Positions 20,638 through 33,829 of a DNA stretch of 35,206 nt are shown here, one piece after another. Position 1 is the first letter of the stretch, and each line of letters begins with the position of its first letter. Location of the stretch: positions 1 to 35,206 of the forward strand of contig PNXW01002911.1 in NCBI GenBank assembly GCA_013265495.1, given 5' to 3'. The notes below the pieces were generated by a model, which did no database searches, had not been told where the DNA came from, and saw nothing but the letters and a program-made list of their open reading frames with translations. The position numbers and the translations under genes were made by a program. The stretch is from Vicugna vicugna (taxonomy: Eukaryota).

Positions 20638-22741
20638 TACAAACTATTTTGCACTACATAATTAATTTTTTTTAGAACTATAAACAACATAAAGCAACTT
20701 GTCAAATAAAAATATTTAGCCCGTGACCTAAACTCACACATTACTCAGCAAAACATTAATTGGTTTAATTCAAGGGGCCCAGGGGTCAGCACCTGCAGCC
20801 ACTCAGGAAGGCAGTGGCTTGAAACCAGGAATGTCCTTCAAAATTGCCTGCAGGATTTAAATATACACAGACCTGGAGTCTGTGCTAGAACTCCCAGAGA
20901 AGGCATTTCAAGGTACAAAGTGTAGGACATTTTGTTTCAATTCATGTTAAAGAATTTTCACTTTATAGTAAATAATCAGGGCAATATATGATCCATTTGA
21001 AACCTGAGAAATAAAGAATCTCCAAGGTGCTGCTGACTTAGATGTTTTGCTTCTCTGAGGCTGCCCTGGGATGACTCTTAGAACTCATGTTTTGATTTCT
21101 CCAGCTCATTTCCAACTATTCTGCCCATTCTGCCTCGTGTTCCAGGTCCTTGGAATGTCTGATGGTTGCTCTTTCCCAGCTTCCAGCCCTTGGGCAGGTT
21201 TGTCCCCTCTTTGCTGTTTCTCTTTCTTGAGTCTATTATTTCAGTGGCTCTTTAGGGGCAGAAATATGTGCTTAGTCTATCATATTCAACAAGAGTTAGA
21301 GTTCATGTGACTGATCTAATGTCAGCCATTTTGACCTAGAAGATCACACCTTCTTTTATTTGGGAGAGGAAGGTTTTCATCTAGTGTAAATCTGTGTGGA
21401 GCTTTTGTCCTAACTGACCAGGTCACGTCTAGTTTATTTCCAGTTTGGATTTATTTTCTTTGTCCTTTATACACATATTCTACATCTGGTTTCTTTTAAT
21501 CTTTAGTTTTCTGTTTCAAAGAGTAGTTTTTAGGTTGTTCTCAAGTTTCCTTCCACCCCTCTTTTCAGATGGTCTGTCTCTTGCTACCTGCTGTCATCTT
21601 ACTTCAGCCGTTCCTGGTCTCCTGTATTCTGCCTCCTCTCTCAACCAGCACTCCTTCCATTCCAGACTATTTTTAAGATGTTCTGACCACAAGTGCTAGA
21701 AATTCCATGGTCTTTTGACATAAACTGGTAGGCCAGTCTAATATTCTTCTGATTCCTGTGGCAAATAGTTTCCAGAAATATGCCCATATTGAGTAATATT
21801 TCTTAGCTTTATTTTTCATTTCTTCAGGTCAGGATGGTTCTAAAATGTGTATCAGACCAATCTAGAAGTGGGAATTATGGCCTTCCAAGTGGTCATATTT
21901 ACATGCACAGGTGAAAATTACTGAGACTGGAATGTCACTTGAAGAAATAGCAGTGACTGCAGCTTTAAACCAGCATATATTAAGTACGCAGAGTTGTGTG
22001 AATGAAAGCCATGCAATTTTCAGTCCTTTTGTGTGAATAGCTCATGATATCTTGTTACTCCAGACACTGCTGTTCTTTGATTCCAAGTCTCCTCAGCCCA
22101 TGACTCTGGTTTTGGGCTCCTACTTTCATTCTTGCAAGTTTTTTTTGCCTCCTTGATTGATCTTGTGTCCTCAGCTTGAGGCTCCATGCTCTTAGGAACT
22201 TGGTGTTAAGTGGCCCTTTAGTTTTTCTGTTGCCTGAGGTATGCCCCTGCTCTGATTCCTCCCAACCCAAACCCTGACAATGTGGGCTGGCCCAGGAACA
22301 CTTTCATCCTGTGTGGCTGGAATTGGAGCCCCCAGAAGTATAGTCAGTCAGTGCAGTCAAACCATTTGAAGCACTCTGCATGTTTGGTTGGAAATTTTTA
22401 AAAATAATTACGATGTCAGTATTCATTTATTTCAATTCTTCCCTGATTCTGTGTTGATTACTTCCTGTATAAAGTATTTTCAGCTCCAAAAGACAATACT
22501 CTCCCTTGATCCTATTTTGTGATTGAGGGGGAATATTGTGTCCTATTAAACCAACGACTAAGGGAATTCCTCCTTTAACCAACTCACTCCATCTGGGCCA
22601 GGGGCAGAGTTTACTAGTGTTTCAGATATGTCAAGAAAGGATTTGGTTATGGTGATTAAAGAAAATACTATCCATATACCCTGTCCATCACTTGAGAAAT
22701 TACTAACTTACTAAACTGATGTCGTATTCTTTGCATTTCTC

Positions 22742-23230
22742 ATCAGTTACTTACTATCAGCATAATACTTGGTAACAAACAACTACTGAAGCTAGAGACA
22801 TATACAGCAATAAACATCCATTGCTCACATCTCTGAACTGGTTAGGTTAGGAGACTGCTGATTTTGGCTGAGCTTTTTCACAGATGGCATCATTTGGCTA
22901 TTGACCAATCTAGGCTGACTGTGGCTGGACAGCTGGGTCTCTCAGCTGAGCTGGTTCCCACTGATCCACGTGTCTCATCTTCTCCTAGGAACAACAGGTT
23001 ATCCTTGGCTTACTTAAAAAATAATTACAGCAATGGCAGATGGCAAGAGAAAATTTCCCAAAAGTTCAAGCTCACTTCATGCCTCTGCTTGTATTGTATC
23101 AGCTAAAAGTCATGTTGGCCAGAGCAAATAATGTGACATTCAAGAGCTGAGAGGGAGGGCACTACAAAGTTACATGGCAAAGTCCCTGGGTAGAGGAAGG
23201 GTGAAGGTCATTGATGCACCCAGTTATCAT
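22742..23230 (-). mobile_element. Old MLT1 (MaLR) LTR
   Basis: gtaacaaacaac...gcaataaaca...ctgctgattttggctgagc...aagttacatggcaaag. Confidence 0.65.
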
Positions 23231-23531
23231 ATTCTTTGTGCACACAGGAGGAAGACATTTAAGAAAATAGAAACTACAAGTCCAAATTGACTAAAAATTT
23301 TCAGAAAATATTATTATTATAATATTATCCCTTGGAAGTCTTCTCCCAAGCATGAAGTCAAAGCTGCCAAGAGAAGTTTGTGTAGCAGCACACCTAAGGG
23401 GAAACCACCACTTTCACTAATAATTGCTTTCTATTAGGAGATGAAAATAGTCTTAGTTTTTGTGTTAGTATTGTGTTCAGGAAAAAGTATGTGTAGTTTG
23501 TTTTATTCTTTGAAAATAATTATAACCTTAA

Positions 23532-23690
23532 ACTGCTAATGGGTGCAGGGGATGATGAAAATGTTCTGAAATTTGACAGTAGGAATGGCCACAGAACTCT
23601 GTGAATACACTAAAAACCACTGATTTGCAAACATTAAAAGGATGAATTTTAAGGCAGGTGAACTAATCTTAATTAAGTTATTATTTAAAC
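23532..23690 (+). mobile_element. L1MB-type 3' end
   Basis: ggggatgatgaaaatgttctgaaatt...ctctgtgaatacactaaaaaccactga. Confidence 0.75.
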
Positions 23691-25899
23691 TATTTAAAAT
23701 TTGAAGCATCTTTAATGTTGCATGTATAAATAAGAATATTTTATACCTAATATATATAATTTTCAACTTTACTCCTTAAATTTAAGAACAGTAAAGGAAA
23801 ATTTTTTAGTAGTTACTTTTTCTAAGCAGAATTTTGGAATGCTTTCTTAAAACTGATTTTGGTATAGTTCTGAATTAAGTGCGAGTAAAACCTTAAAATA
23901 AAACTAAATCAAATAATGTAAATCAAAGTCCTAGGAAAACATAAGCATTATCAAAAAGGATCTCATTGCTATAGTAAGTAAACAGGTATAAGTTTACGAT
24001 TTGTAAAATGTCAAATATACTGTTAAAATATTTGTCTATTATCTAGGCTTTTTCCCACTCTAAGTTCCATTTATCATGAATCACTGAGCATAATCACATT
24101 TTTATACAAAACATAATACAAGAACTCCATGAAGTGCATATTAAACACAAAGTACACATGCTAGGAGAAGGCTAGGAACAGGCTGATGACTAGCACAAAG
24201 TCTCTGCCTTCAAAATCAAAGAAAATTTTAATACCTGGATTTTAATTGGAATATTTTTTTCCTGAATTAATTTTTGTTATTTTCTTGGGTTCTTTTCACA
24301 ATGAGCCATTGAATTAGAAATGATGCTATTTATGGATTTTCTGACAATATAGCATAAAGTAAATATCTGTATTCTTAAATTTAGATGCTAATATTATACC
24401 CTAAAGTTCAAAAAACATTGTTGATTTGACATTCTCATACGGACCTTGTCATCTACACAGATGAAAATGCTTGAGCAAGCATTTGTTACTTAAAGTTATG
24501 ATTCTATGTTATGAATATTTTAGTCACAAAAAAGTGTATAAACTAAATATGCCAAATTAAGTAAAGCTTTATATATACAAGAATTATTTTTTAAAGTGTT
24601 GTCAGTACAATTTAAACTGATAATCTACTCTATTCTCTTTCATCTTCTCAGATATTTTTTAGCAAAAACAAAGGCCCAAGTGTGCTAAGTTGAACCTGAT
24701 GGAATTGCCATTTTGTAGGTACTGAGTGGTCAGATACTGACAGTTTTGTGTAGTTCAAGCAAACAGAAGTACTACTGCACTGACAGACTGTATATTGAGA
24801 TACACAAAGGCATGCTCCAGGCCATTTCCTCACAAAACTGTTCTGCCCTCCAGAATAAGAAGATATTAAGTAAAATCCCAAATTGGTTGGCATTAAAGTT
24901 CATCATGGTTTAATCCCTCAGAATGACCTGTTCCTGAATATAGACTCAACCTTTCTAGTCTTCTATATATTTGTGATTTTGTTGCTAACAATAACGTAGA
25001 TTTTTAAAGAAAATTTATTTACTGCAATCAAAGCTAGTGCCCTTCTAAATGTTTTTCACTGGATTATTTCCACCTTCAGATTCACTGGATTACTTCCACC
25101 TTCAGCTTCCCTCTCAAAATTAATCTAAACCTGAAAGGGGATGGGGAAGCAAACAGAGGGCATACTGTTGTGTATAAGGAATGTTTCAGTGAGAATCATT
25201 AAAAAGTGCTGAGCTTATCATTGAATTTTATCAAGCTTTAGAGTAGATCATTACCAGATAAGCTGGCTTGAGACATGGGAGGTCCACCTGTTAGTACAAG
25301 TATCTTAATTTCCATCTGCATTCATTTTTTAAATCTATATAATATCATTTACAATATTATTTCCTAAGCTTCACTGCAGCGCTGTTGTTCAGATTAAATA
25401 TGTAATATCCATAAGCACTATTTTCAAAATAAACAATACATTTTAATAACTATTATTTTTGTATTAACTTCAAATTACAACAATGCAATCACATAAACAT
25501 TTGACAAAAGTAATCCATGTCTCAGTGGTATTCTAAAGGGTATTTGTGACATAGCAAATGCCACAGAAAATGGCTCTATTTTTAAAACATTAGTATAATG
25601 TAGTACATCTATAATAATCCTGCCAGCAAGAAATCCTCCCTCCCAGATTTTACATACAGGATTGCACTTTCAAATCCTCCTGAAAGAAAGCTCATTCAGT
25701 TGTCCATTTTCAAATTTACATATAATCTGAAATACTACCATAGCCTGAAATCTCTCTTCCTTTCAATTAGCTAAACTAATTTTATGGTACCACAAAGTGT
25801 GAGCAGATTATTTTACATTTACTTTGAAAGTAAGTATGCTGATACAGTACATCATCCTATAAGAACTATAACCTGTGTATTAAATATAAAGCAATTTAT

Positions 25900-26330
25900 T
25901 GTATCAGTTGAGATGTTTGTAACTGAATACATGACTCAACCTGACTGAATAAGAATATTTATTATCTAATATAACAACGGTATAGAGTTAGTCTAGGACT
26001 GTTAGACACATTGGTCCAATGCTGCTCTCAAAGACAGGAGGTTCTTTTTACCTTTCTTTTCCACCATGTTCAGTTTGACTTTATGTTCATGGATGCAAGA
26101 CTGTAGTTGATTCAGATGAAATATTAAGATATAAAAATATGCAGGTGAAGAAAAGGACTATCTCTTTCCATGTTCTCTAAGGAGAACTGAAAGTCATTGT
26201 AAAACTTTTGCTCACAAATCATTTGCCAGGATAGGCTTGTATGTAAATCACTGCCGAGGGGCATAGGATTGCCATATTGACCAAGGTAAGTCATGTAGAG
26301 TGGAAAGGATGTTGGAAAGTCAACCACAAA
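25900..26330 (-). mobile_element. Highly degraded MLT1-like LTR
   Basis: tgtatcagttgagatg...gtaactgaa...atttattatctaatataacaa...gatgcaagactg; weak match. Confidence 0.45.
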
Positions 26331-26749
26331 AATCACCTTAATCATACACTCTTCCATTATTCACATATAAAGAGTCATCATATGCATGCATAAATCTTAA
26401 CATGAAAATACAGGCTTCTGAGGTGGTTTCTTAAAAAATATTCAGAAGCCAGAAAAAATCCTGCACTCCAGATTAACACCTAAGTAGCTTTCAACTGATA
26501 AGTAAAAAAAAAACAAAAACAAAATAAGAATTTTATTTATTTCATCTGACCTCATGTAGTTGTTAATTACACATGCTTCTGTTTTCTCCATAAGGGTTCT
26601 CTCTTCATGCCAGAAAAAAAAAAACACTGAGTTACCTACTTTCCACAGTTTCAGAAGGCAAGATGTTCACCAGGTGGTCAAAATATGTTCATTTCACTTA
26701 ATTTCAGAATTTACATGTAAGAGTAGTTGAAAATCTCAGCTTACATACT

Positions 26750-28385
26750 CAGAATTTTAGCATTTCACGATCACATATAAACAAATGAATAAAATTATCA
26801 GATGTTTGAAGAAAGCCTCTAACATAAAAAAGTCTTAACAAAGAAAGGGGAAAATGGGAATTTGGAGGAAATAGAGAGCATTTTGTAAACAGAAATCTCA
26901 GAGAGAAAATTTAAAATGATTATATGTATGAAAAAAATAGAATCCTATAATAAAAAATATTTAAAGAACAGAGTTAACTCCGTGTGTATAAAGTGTGTAT
27001 GTGTAACTATATATATAAAGATACAGTTGATAAAAATATCCAGTTTTAAAAACAAAACACATGGGAATATATAAGAAAAATATATCAGTTAGGGAACCAG
27101 TCCAGAAGTATCAGTAGCTAATAATAAGAGTTCCAAAAAACATAACAGAATATATGGAAGTGAACATTTATATTTAACAGCAAATGTCCCATAACTGAAT
27201 AATAGTTTCCAGAAGAATCAGAAAAGCCCCCATAGCAATGACCAGAAAAACACCTATACCAAAACCAGTCACCCTAAAATTTCACAACAGTGGTTATGAA
27301 GTGAAGAGTCTAAACTCTTACAGAGGGAGAGAATAGAAAACAGGCCACTCCACAGGATCATGATACAGAACGTCCTTAGCCTTCTCATTGGAAACTAGGA
27401 GAAGGTGGAATGATGTTTTCAAATTTCTGAGACAAGATGGTGTGGATCCAGCCAGACCACCAATCATGTATGAAGGTTGTCTAAAGGATTTTCAGATATT
27501 CAAAGTCTTGATGCACATATTCATCCTCAAGAAGCTGACTGGAGTTTGTGCTCTGTGCAGAGAAAGTGGAAGAACGGATACACTGGAAAGAGCTTTCCCG
27601 CAGAAGAAGAGTGAAAGCTGATAGGCAAAAGAAGGAAGTCCCAAGATGACCACCCAGCAGGAAGTCTAGACAGCCAATGATTCAGACTGGAGCTGGAGGA
27701 CAAAGGTCTTCAGGAGGAAGACCTCCAAGAAAGAGTAAAACTGAATAGGAACATGTTTAGGTCCTCTGAGGAGACATTTAAAGATTGTTTGAGGATGAAC
27801 TTGTGATGGTCAAACTGAGAGGTGACCAAATGAAAAAAGTAACCCTAGGGCAACAGTGAATTGGGCAGAATATGAAATATAATGTTAATATACTACATGG
27901 CATATTCTACGTGGCTTTGCTATGAATACTATTTACATAATTACATAATGCAAATACTGACTATTGAGTTAACTGTTAAACACTAAGAATCTGATTTATG
28001 TAATTTTTTTGGAAGAAATGTTGTGTGTTTGTATGTGTACATAGGTATATGCTTATACATATGGCTGTAAATACATGCTCTTGCAGAGAGAGGGCAGCAT
28101 AAGAAAGCTCAATTTTTCTCCTGTGTTTTCCATTTTGGCAGGTCCATAGATACTGCTTATGACTGAATAATTAGGAAAGAATAGGATACCCATGTGATTC
28201 AGAAAATGGAGTAAATAACAGAAGGAACAGCTGAAATGTTAAATGGAGTACGGTATCTGGGGTTTACAATCTGAAGTATGGGAGAGCAGAACAAAATACC
28301 TGTTTTGGTGCAAGATTCATAGAGCTATCAAACTCTTTCAACAATAAGTGGTCTAATTTTGCTAAAAATAAGAATCAAAGAAACA
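26750..28385 (+). mobile_element. HAL1 / old L1 ORF1-like element
   Basis: ORF1-like remnant (LETRRRWNDVFKFLR) followed by HAL1-type gaagtcccaagatgac...cagactggagctggagg. Confidence 0.6.
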
Positions 28386-31340
28386 ATGGGTAGAATACTC
28401 CTGAAAACGAAGTAGCTCCTAGTTAATAAAGGAAATGAATGAATGGCCATGAAACAGTTGTTGTTGTTTTTTTAATTTGTCAATTATTTTATACCTATAA
28501 AATAAGTATGCCATGTGTATATATAATCTATTCAAAAATTAATCATATGATATATAAAGGGAAAAAAAACACAGAGACTATGATGTTATATAATCATGCC
28601 CCTCCAGAATATATACACAGTTTTAATGAAATGTTGCCTGAAATACAGGCACAAAATAGACCATAAGTATGTGTTGGATACCTTGAAGAAAATGTCATAT
28701 AATGAACTTATCACATTCCATCTTACAGTATTCCATTATGAAATATATAGCTTAAAATTTGAGACTATATCTTGAAATTAGTATGTCTTCAAAAACTTTT
28801 GCCAGACATTTACCTACTTTTTAAATTTTCTATTCAATAGAAACAAATGATGCTCAATCTTAGTGATTTCATAATTGATTATTCTGAAAATTAACATTTT
28901 CAAGTTTTGATATTTTATGCAGTAAAGGCATTCCATTTTTTACAATATTAGTATTCCACCATGGGAATTTATAAATATAAGATGGCTCTATCCCAGAATA
29001 GCAACTACCTAGTAAATAGGTCCAGATGTTTAGGATAACAACTTTCCACCTGCATGTCTTTAGGACTCCTTTGCCTTCTCCCTCTCCACCTCCCACCAAG
29101 TTCCCTTCTGTCATATCTTGTTTAATGTAGCAGATGTGATTAACTAGAGACATACAACAGCTTTTTAAAAATTGAACAATTACAGATTTTATCAGCATGG
29201 TAATAAAAAGTTATCATATCTTTCAAACTCAGAAAACCATTGGGTGCTAGAAAACATTTAAATAAGTTTACATTTCTCACATTAAGATTCCCTGATTTTT
29301 CAAAGAATAATTCATACTGACAGCTACAAAGAGCTTTACGGAGGGGAGTGTTTTTTTCTTGTAATATACATAGTCCAATCTAAATGTAATGGCTGCATTT
29401 GAACCCACTTAGAGTTAGAGACATGGGGAAGTTTAGTTTCCTGAGTCCTATGTAATGTAAGCAGTATGTCTTTAGAGAAATCTGTCCTGTTGGGAGAAAG
29501 GGAACTCTAGTAATATCTTGAATGTACCCAAGGGTGGATCTAATCTTATGCAAATACAATTACCTCGGTTCTGTATAGGAAGCTCCCTTCTGTGCATGAT
29601 GCTGCTCCTAAGCCAAGCTACTGGGAGAGAGAAAAATGACTGTACGGTATGTCAAATTGATTCTGCCTCTTTTGTGGAGCATGTCAAATACATTGCATTT
29701 TTCCTGAGCCCATTTAAATGGAGTATCATCCTGCTGTGTTCCTTTGGATCCTGTACAGACTTCTGATTGCTGAATTGTAACACTAATCATAATAATTATC
29801 TATGTAACAAGTTCACAATATGAATTGCTACAGACGGTCACATTTTCTTTCACAGAGCAATCAAGCTTATTTATACAATCTACTTGCTCCCAGATAAAAC
29901 AAAAGGCAACATGTAGGTTTTTGTATTTCATCACATAATATAAGTGGCAATTTAGGCCTAGTACATCAGAGGAAATGAGAGATGATAAGAGAGAGTGCTA
30001 AAGAACTTTTCAATAAAGCATATTTGGATTTTGCTATTGTTTTACAGATATTATCATTATACATCCAATTAAATACTAAGGATTTGTTTTCTTCACAGCA
30101 AGCAATTTTGTTTTTCCTATCTAGAATCTGATATTCATTTTGACCAAAGAGGACATGCAAATGAATTATAATTCAAATATAATACTGTAAATATAAGTTA
30201 TTGAAATAGAATGTAGGGCAAAATTATGACCTTCAAAAAATGGTCTTCTAGGATTGACTGCAGCTGGAAACAGTTTACCCTCCCTGTCACTTCAAAAGTT
30301 TTTTTACAATTGCCATGTGGGCCTTTAGTTCCAATCTGGTCACCACTTACAGGCGGCAGGACTGGAGAGAGATTTTGCTGATATTGACACTGACGCTCTG
30401 CTGAAGAGATATTTTACTTTTTTCTTGTTTCTGATTCTGAAACATGGCCCATTTTGCTGACCAATATTTCCTACAATTTGTATGCCAACATATTCATTAT
30501 AGCAAAGGGGAAATTCCTTCTCCTCTGACTTTTATTTAATATTTTATCAAAATCAAAGGAGCCTCTGGCATTATGAGGATAAATGCACAGAACATGAAAA
30601 GACTAGGAACCTTAGTTGACTGTCTTTACGGTGTCTAACTTGTATCTACTTATGACCAAATAGAAGCAAATGTTCAATATACATCTATAAAGATGACCAC
30701 ATCCCATTTCTCTGCTCTGAGTTCATTTTTGGTTTAGTAGTGGTTTAATTTTTAGCCACTAGGATTTTATACTGGTCCATCCTAAAATAAGAACCAGACG
30801 TGATTTTTGCATAGTAAATTCATACCCTAGTCACTGGTCTATACTGAGCCTTCTGCACTATGTCCTCAGTATTGAAGTAGTTGTTGAAGTATCAGGAGTG
30901 AAATTATGTAACAGCTTTTTAATTAATCATGTGACTCATAAATTTTAAACTGAACATCATACAGTTGTAATAGAAGTGAAGGGTTCAGATATTTTTTAGA
31001 AAATAAAAACATATAGAGTACATTTTTCTTGAGGTCCATCTGATAGTTTATCCTCTTCACATTAAAATGTACATGATAAAGTGAATGCTATATTTTAACT
31101 CTTTTTTTCACTAAAACTGCCATTTTTATTTCCTGAAAACTTGATTCCTCTATATTGTAAAGAATAAAATTTAAACTTCCCGTCTTTCTAATTTGAAAAT
31201 TAGAAGGAATGAAAACTCTGTTCTGGGACAGCTAGAAGATGTCTATTAATTCATTTAAACTACAGTAGGAAATAACAGAGTAACAGACATCAGGTTCCTT
31301 TGGATGGATGGCAGATAATTAACCAAATGATTTCAAAATG

Positions 31341-31441
31341 GGGGGTGAGGGTATAGCTCAGTTGGTAGAGAGCATGCTGAGCATGCATGAGGTATTTGGT
31401 TCAATTCACAGTACCTCCATTTGAAAAAGGAAAAAAAGAGA
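31341..31441 (+). mobile_element. tRNA-derived SINE (camelid Vic-1 type)
   Basis: gggtatagctcagttggtagag (A box)...ggttcaattc (B box), A-rich tail, 20-bp TSD aaccaaatgatwtcaaaatg (31321-31340 / 31442-31461). Confidence 0.88.
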
Positions 31442-32526
31442 AACCAAATGATATCAAAATGTTCAAATATAGATAAATAATTCAAAGTCAATTTTATTTT
31501 TACTAGATATTAAAGGATGCATGATGCAATACAAGCCATATTAATATGCCACAGAGATTTCCATACCTATGCTCTTTCTCTCTGACTCCCAAGGATGTGC
31601 CTTCTTATAAGACCATGATGACATATAAATGATTTTTAAGCTAATATATATATATCTTTTGATATTTTTCAAGAGTGAAAGTTACAATAGCTAACATTTA
31701 TTTTTATAAGATAAGAAAGACATCTTTCTCATTACAGAGTCATAAAATACATTTCAAGGAAACTAGGGGCATAGAGGGTATAGAAATTAAAAACTTATCT
31801 GTAAATAAATTTTCTTACAAAATATTGCTTCCAGTTTCTAGATATCAAATCATAATTTTCTCGTTAAAATATTTGCTACATCCAAATACCAAGTGCATGC
31901 TTTTCAAAGATTTATTAGCTCATTAATGATTGAAATAGTTAAAGGGTAAAGCTGTTCTGAAGAGCATTTTGAGGAACCAAGCAAGCATAGGCATTTAAAA
32001 TTCAGGACTCAGTGTGCATGAAGACCCCGAACAGGTGAAACTATCTGACTGTGACAGAAGCCAGGAGCATCTTATGGTTCAGAAAGAGAAAAGAGAAAAC
32101 TTATGAAACGCTGAAGGTGCTCAATGTCTTGAACCATGTCTTGGTTGCAGAGTTTAACCCTATGTCAGCATCCATCCAGCTGTAGACGGGATTGGTGCGC
32201 CGACCCCGCACGTTACCTGGGTATGGATTTTATAGCCCGAGTGAAAAAGAAGAAAGAAAAGTCCATTCTACCGACCTCATGATACCGGTTAGCACAGTGT
32301 TTCAGCACAGGCTCTGAAGGCAGGTCAAATCAGTCCGCCCCTAATAAGATATCTGACCTTTGATGATAGACTTAACCTCTCTAAGCCTTGGATTTCTTCT
32401 CTCTGGAAGGGAGATGCATGGTAACACCTACCTTGTAGAGTCCAGGGAAGAATTCAATAAGACGGTGTTCACGAGGCACATGGCACTCACCCTGGACCCC
32501 CCCGCCTAGCCACGGCCCCCACGTAC

Positions 32527-33020
32527 TAGCAGAGCCTCCGGGAGGTTGTGCCCCTCCATGAAGGTGATGATGGCAGAGGTGATGCCCAGGGCGCTGAGCT
32601 CCAGCGTGGCGGTGCTGATGGTGTCTACATCCTGGGCCCAGCCCACCTGGAAGAACAGGGCCACCTTCCTGAGCAGAAGGCCCGAGCGCACGCGCTTGAA
32701 CAGGTGTCTTGCCACAAACCTCATGGCGCCCCCGAGGCTCCTGCTGCCGGAGGGCGCTGCCAGGGCCGCCTCCCCGAGCACCCACAGGAGCGCGGGCCTG
32801 CCCCGGTAGTCGGAGAAGCGAACCAGGTGGTCTGTTCTGCTGTTGTACGAGACCACAGCCACCCGGGGCCCCGTGGGGCAGTTACCCCCACTTATGTCTA
32901 TCTTCATCAACAGAGAGACAACAATGTCTCTCCTCCTCTCAAACTCCAGCTGGGAGACGTCATTTGATGTGTCCAAGGTGAAGACCAGGTCAGCCGGGAA
33001 CACTGGGCATCTGGAGACAC
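32527..33020 (-). CDS. COL6A4: Collagen VI alpha-4-like exon encoding most of the first C-terminal VWA (C1) domain (gene possibly pseudogenised)
   Basis: tgtctag|GT acceptor (phase 1) and CTA|gtacgt donor (phase 0), 494 nt open. CPVFPADLVFTLDTS...CPTGPRVAVVSYN...AMRFVARHLFKRVRSGLLLRKVALFFQ..TATLELSAL..EGHNLPEA fits recalled alpha-4 better than alpha-5 or alpha-6. Confidence 0.85.
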
Positions 33021-33108
33021 CTAGACACATGGACACGCAGATTTGGGATTGTCTGTAAGGCCTCTCAACAGGGGAAGGCGGGCGTGAATAAGAAGGAATG
33101 TTATTTAC

Positions 33109-33120
33109 CTATTGAACAAG
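33109..33120 (-). CDS. COL6A4: 12-nt micro-exon of the same gene (xCSIG linker before C1)
   Basis: Pyrimidine tract ...cccccttccag|CTTGTTCAATAG|gtaaat; phase 1-1, joins in frame to give C-S-I-G-V-S-R-C-P. Confidence 0.75.
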   Translation of the reverse strand, partial: LVQ

Positions 33121-33829
33121 CTGGAAGGGGGACGATTTGGGAGAGAAGAGAAGACACCGTTAGTTACCATGGGCAACAGCGTGTTTGACACGTGAGGGCT
33201 TCGGCTGAGAACCATCTCCTCTGAGACACTAGAGCCTCCCTGCCTCCTGCCTGAGTGTGGCAGAGACCTCGACTTGCTCCCCAATGCCCACTCTCCCTTT
33301 TTTCCAGAACAGAACCCCAGTCTCTGGCCAGGGGTCTGGCTGCCTGGAACAAAGACGGTATTTCCCGGGGTGGGTAGCCAACTTACTTAGTTCTGGATAA
33401 TAGAATCAGAAACCTGGTGGGCACAACGTTCTTCTCCTTTTCTTTCCTTTCCCTGCTGGCTGAAGCTTGATAGACATCTTGGACCACGAGGTGACTGGGA
33501 AATAGCATCCTCGCCCCAATGACAGAGCAAGAGAATACAAAGAGACTGCCTCTCTGAGCACCGTGGAGTTCCAGCAGCCCTGACTGGCCCCGTCCAGGCT
33601 CCGACTTGGGAACTACGTTTGTGTCTGTGCTTCTGGGCACTGAGCTCACACTGTGCTCACCTTCAACCTAATACCATGAGCTACTCTGCAACTGTAGTCA
33701 CACATACCCACGTACATACACACACACACCTTAAAGTACATACATACAATACAAAATACATTATATTATATTATGTGTGAGTGTGTGTACACAAGTTATT
33801 TTCATGGAAATAGCAGAAAGCAAAAAAAT

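Noticed and set aside
24840..24910. NANQF peptide on the minus strand resembling Kunitz NANRF
   Set aside because: Surrounding Cys and GGC.G pattern absent; chance match
25055..25105. 26-bp tandem duplication
   Set aside because: Ordinary slippage duplication with nothing suggesting function
31341..31441. tRNA gene
   Set aside because: A-rich tail, 20-bp TSD and a non-pairing acceptor stem show it is a SINE
32095..32180. ctacag|LDG...QDIEHLQRF as the next COL6A4 exon
   Set aside because: In-frame stop, no C.LCY ending, no donor, and far more diverged than the neighbouring exon; probably coincidental
32381..33058. Alternative-frame and antisense ORFs over the VWA exon
   Set aside because: Shadow ORFs caused by high GC content of a real exon
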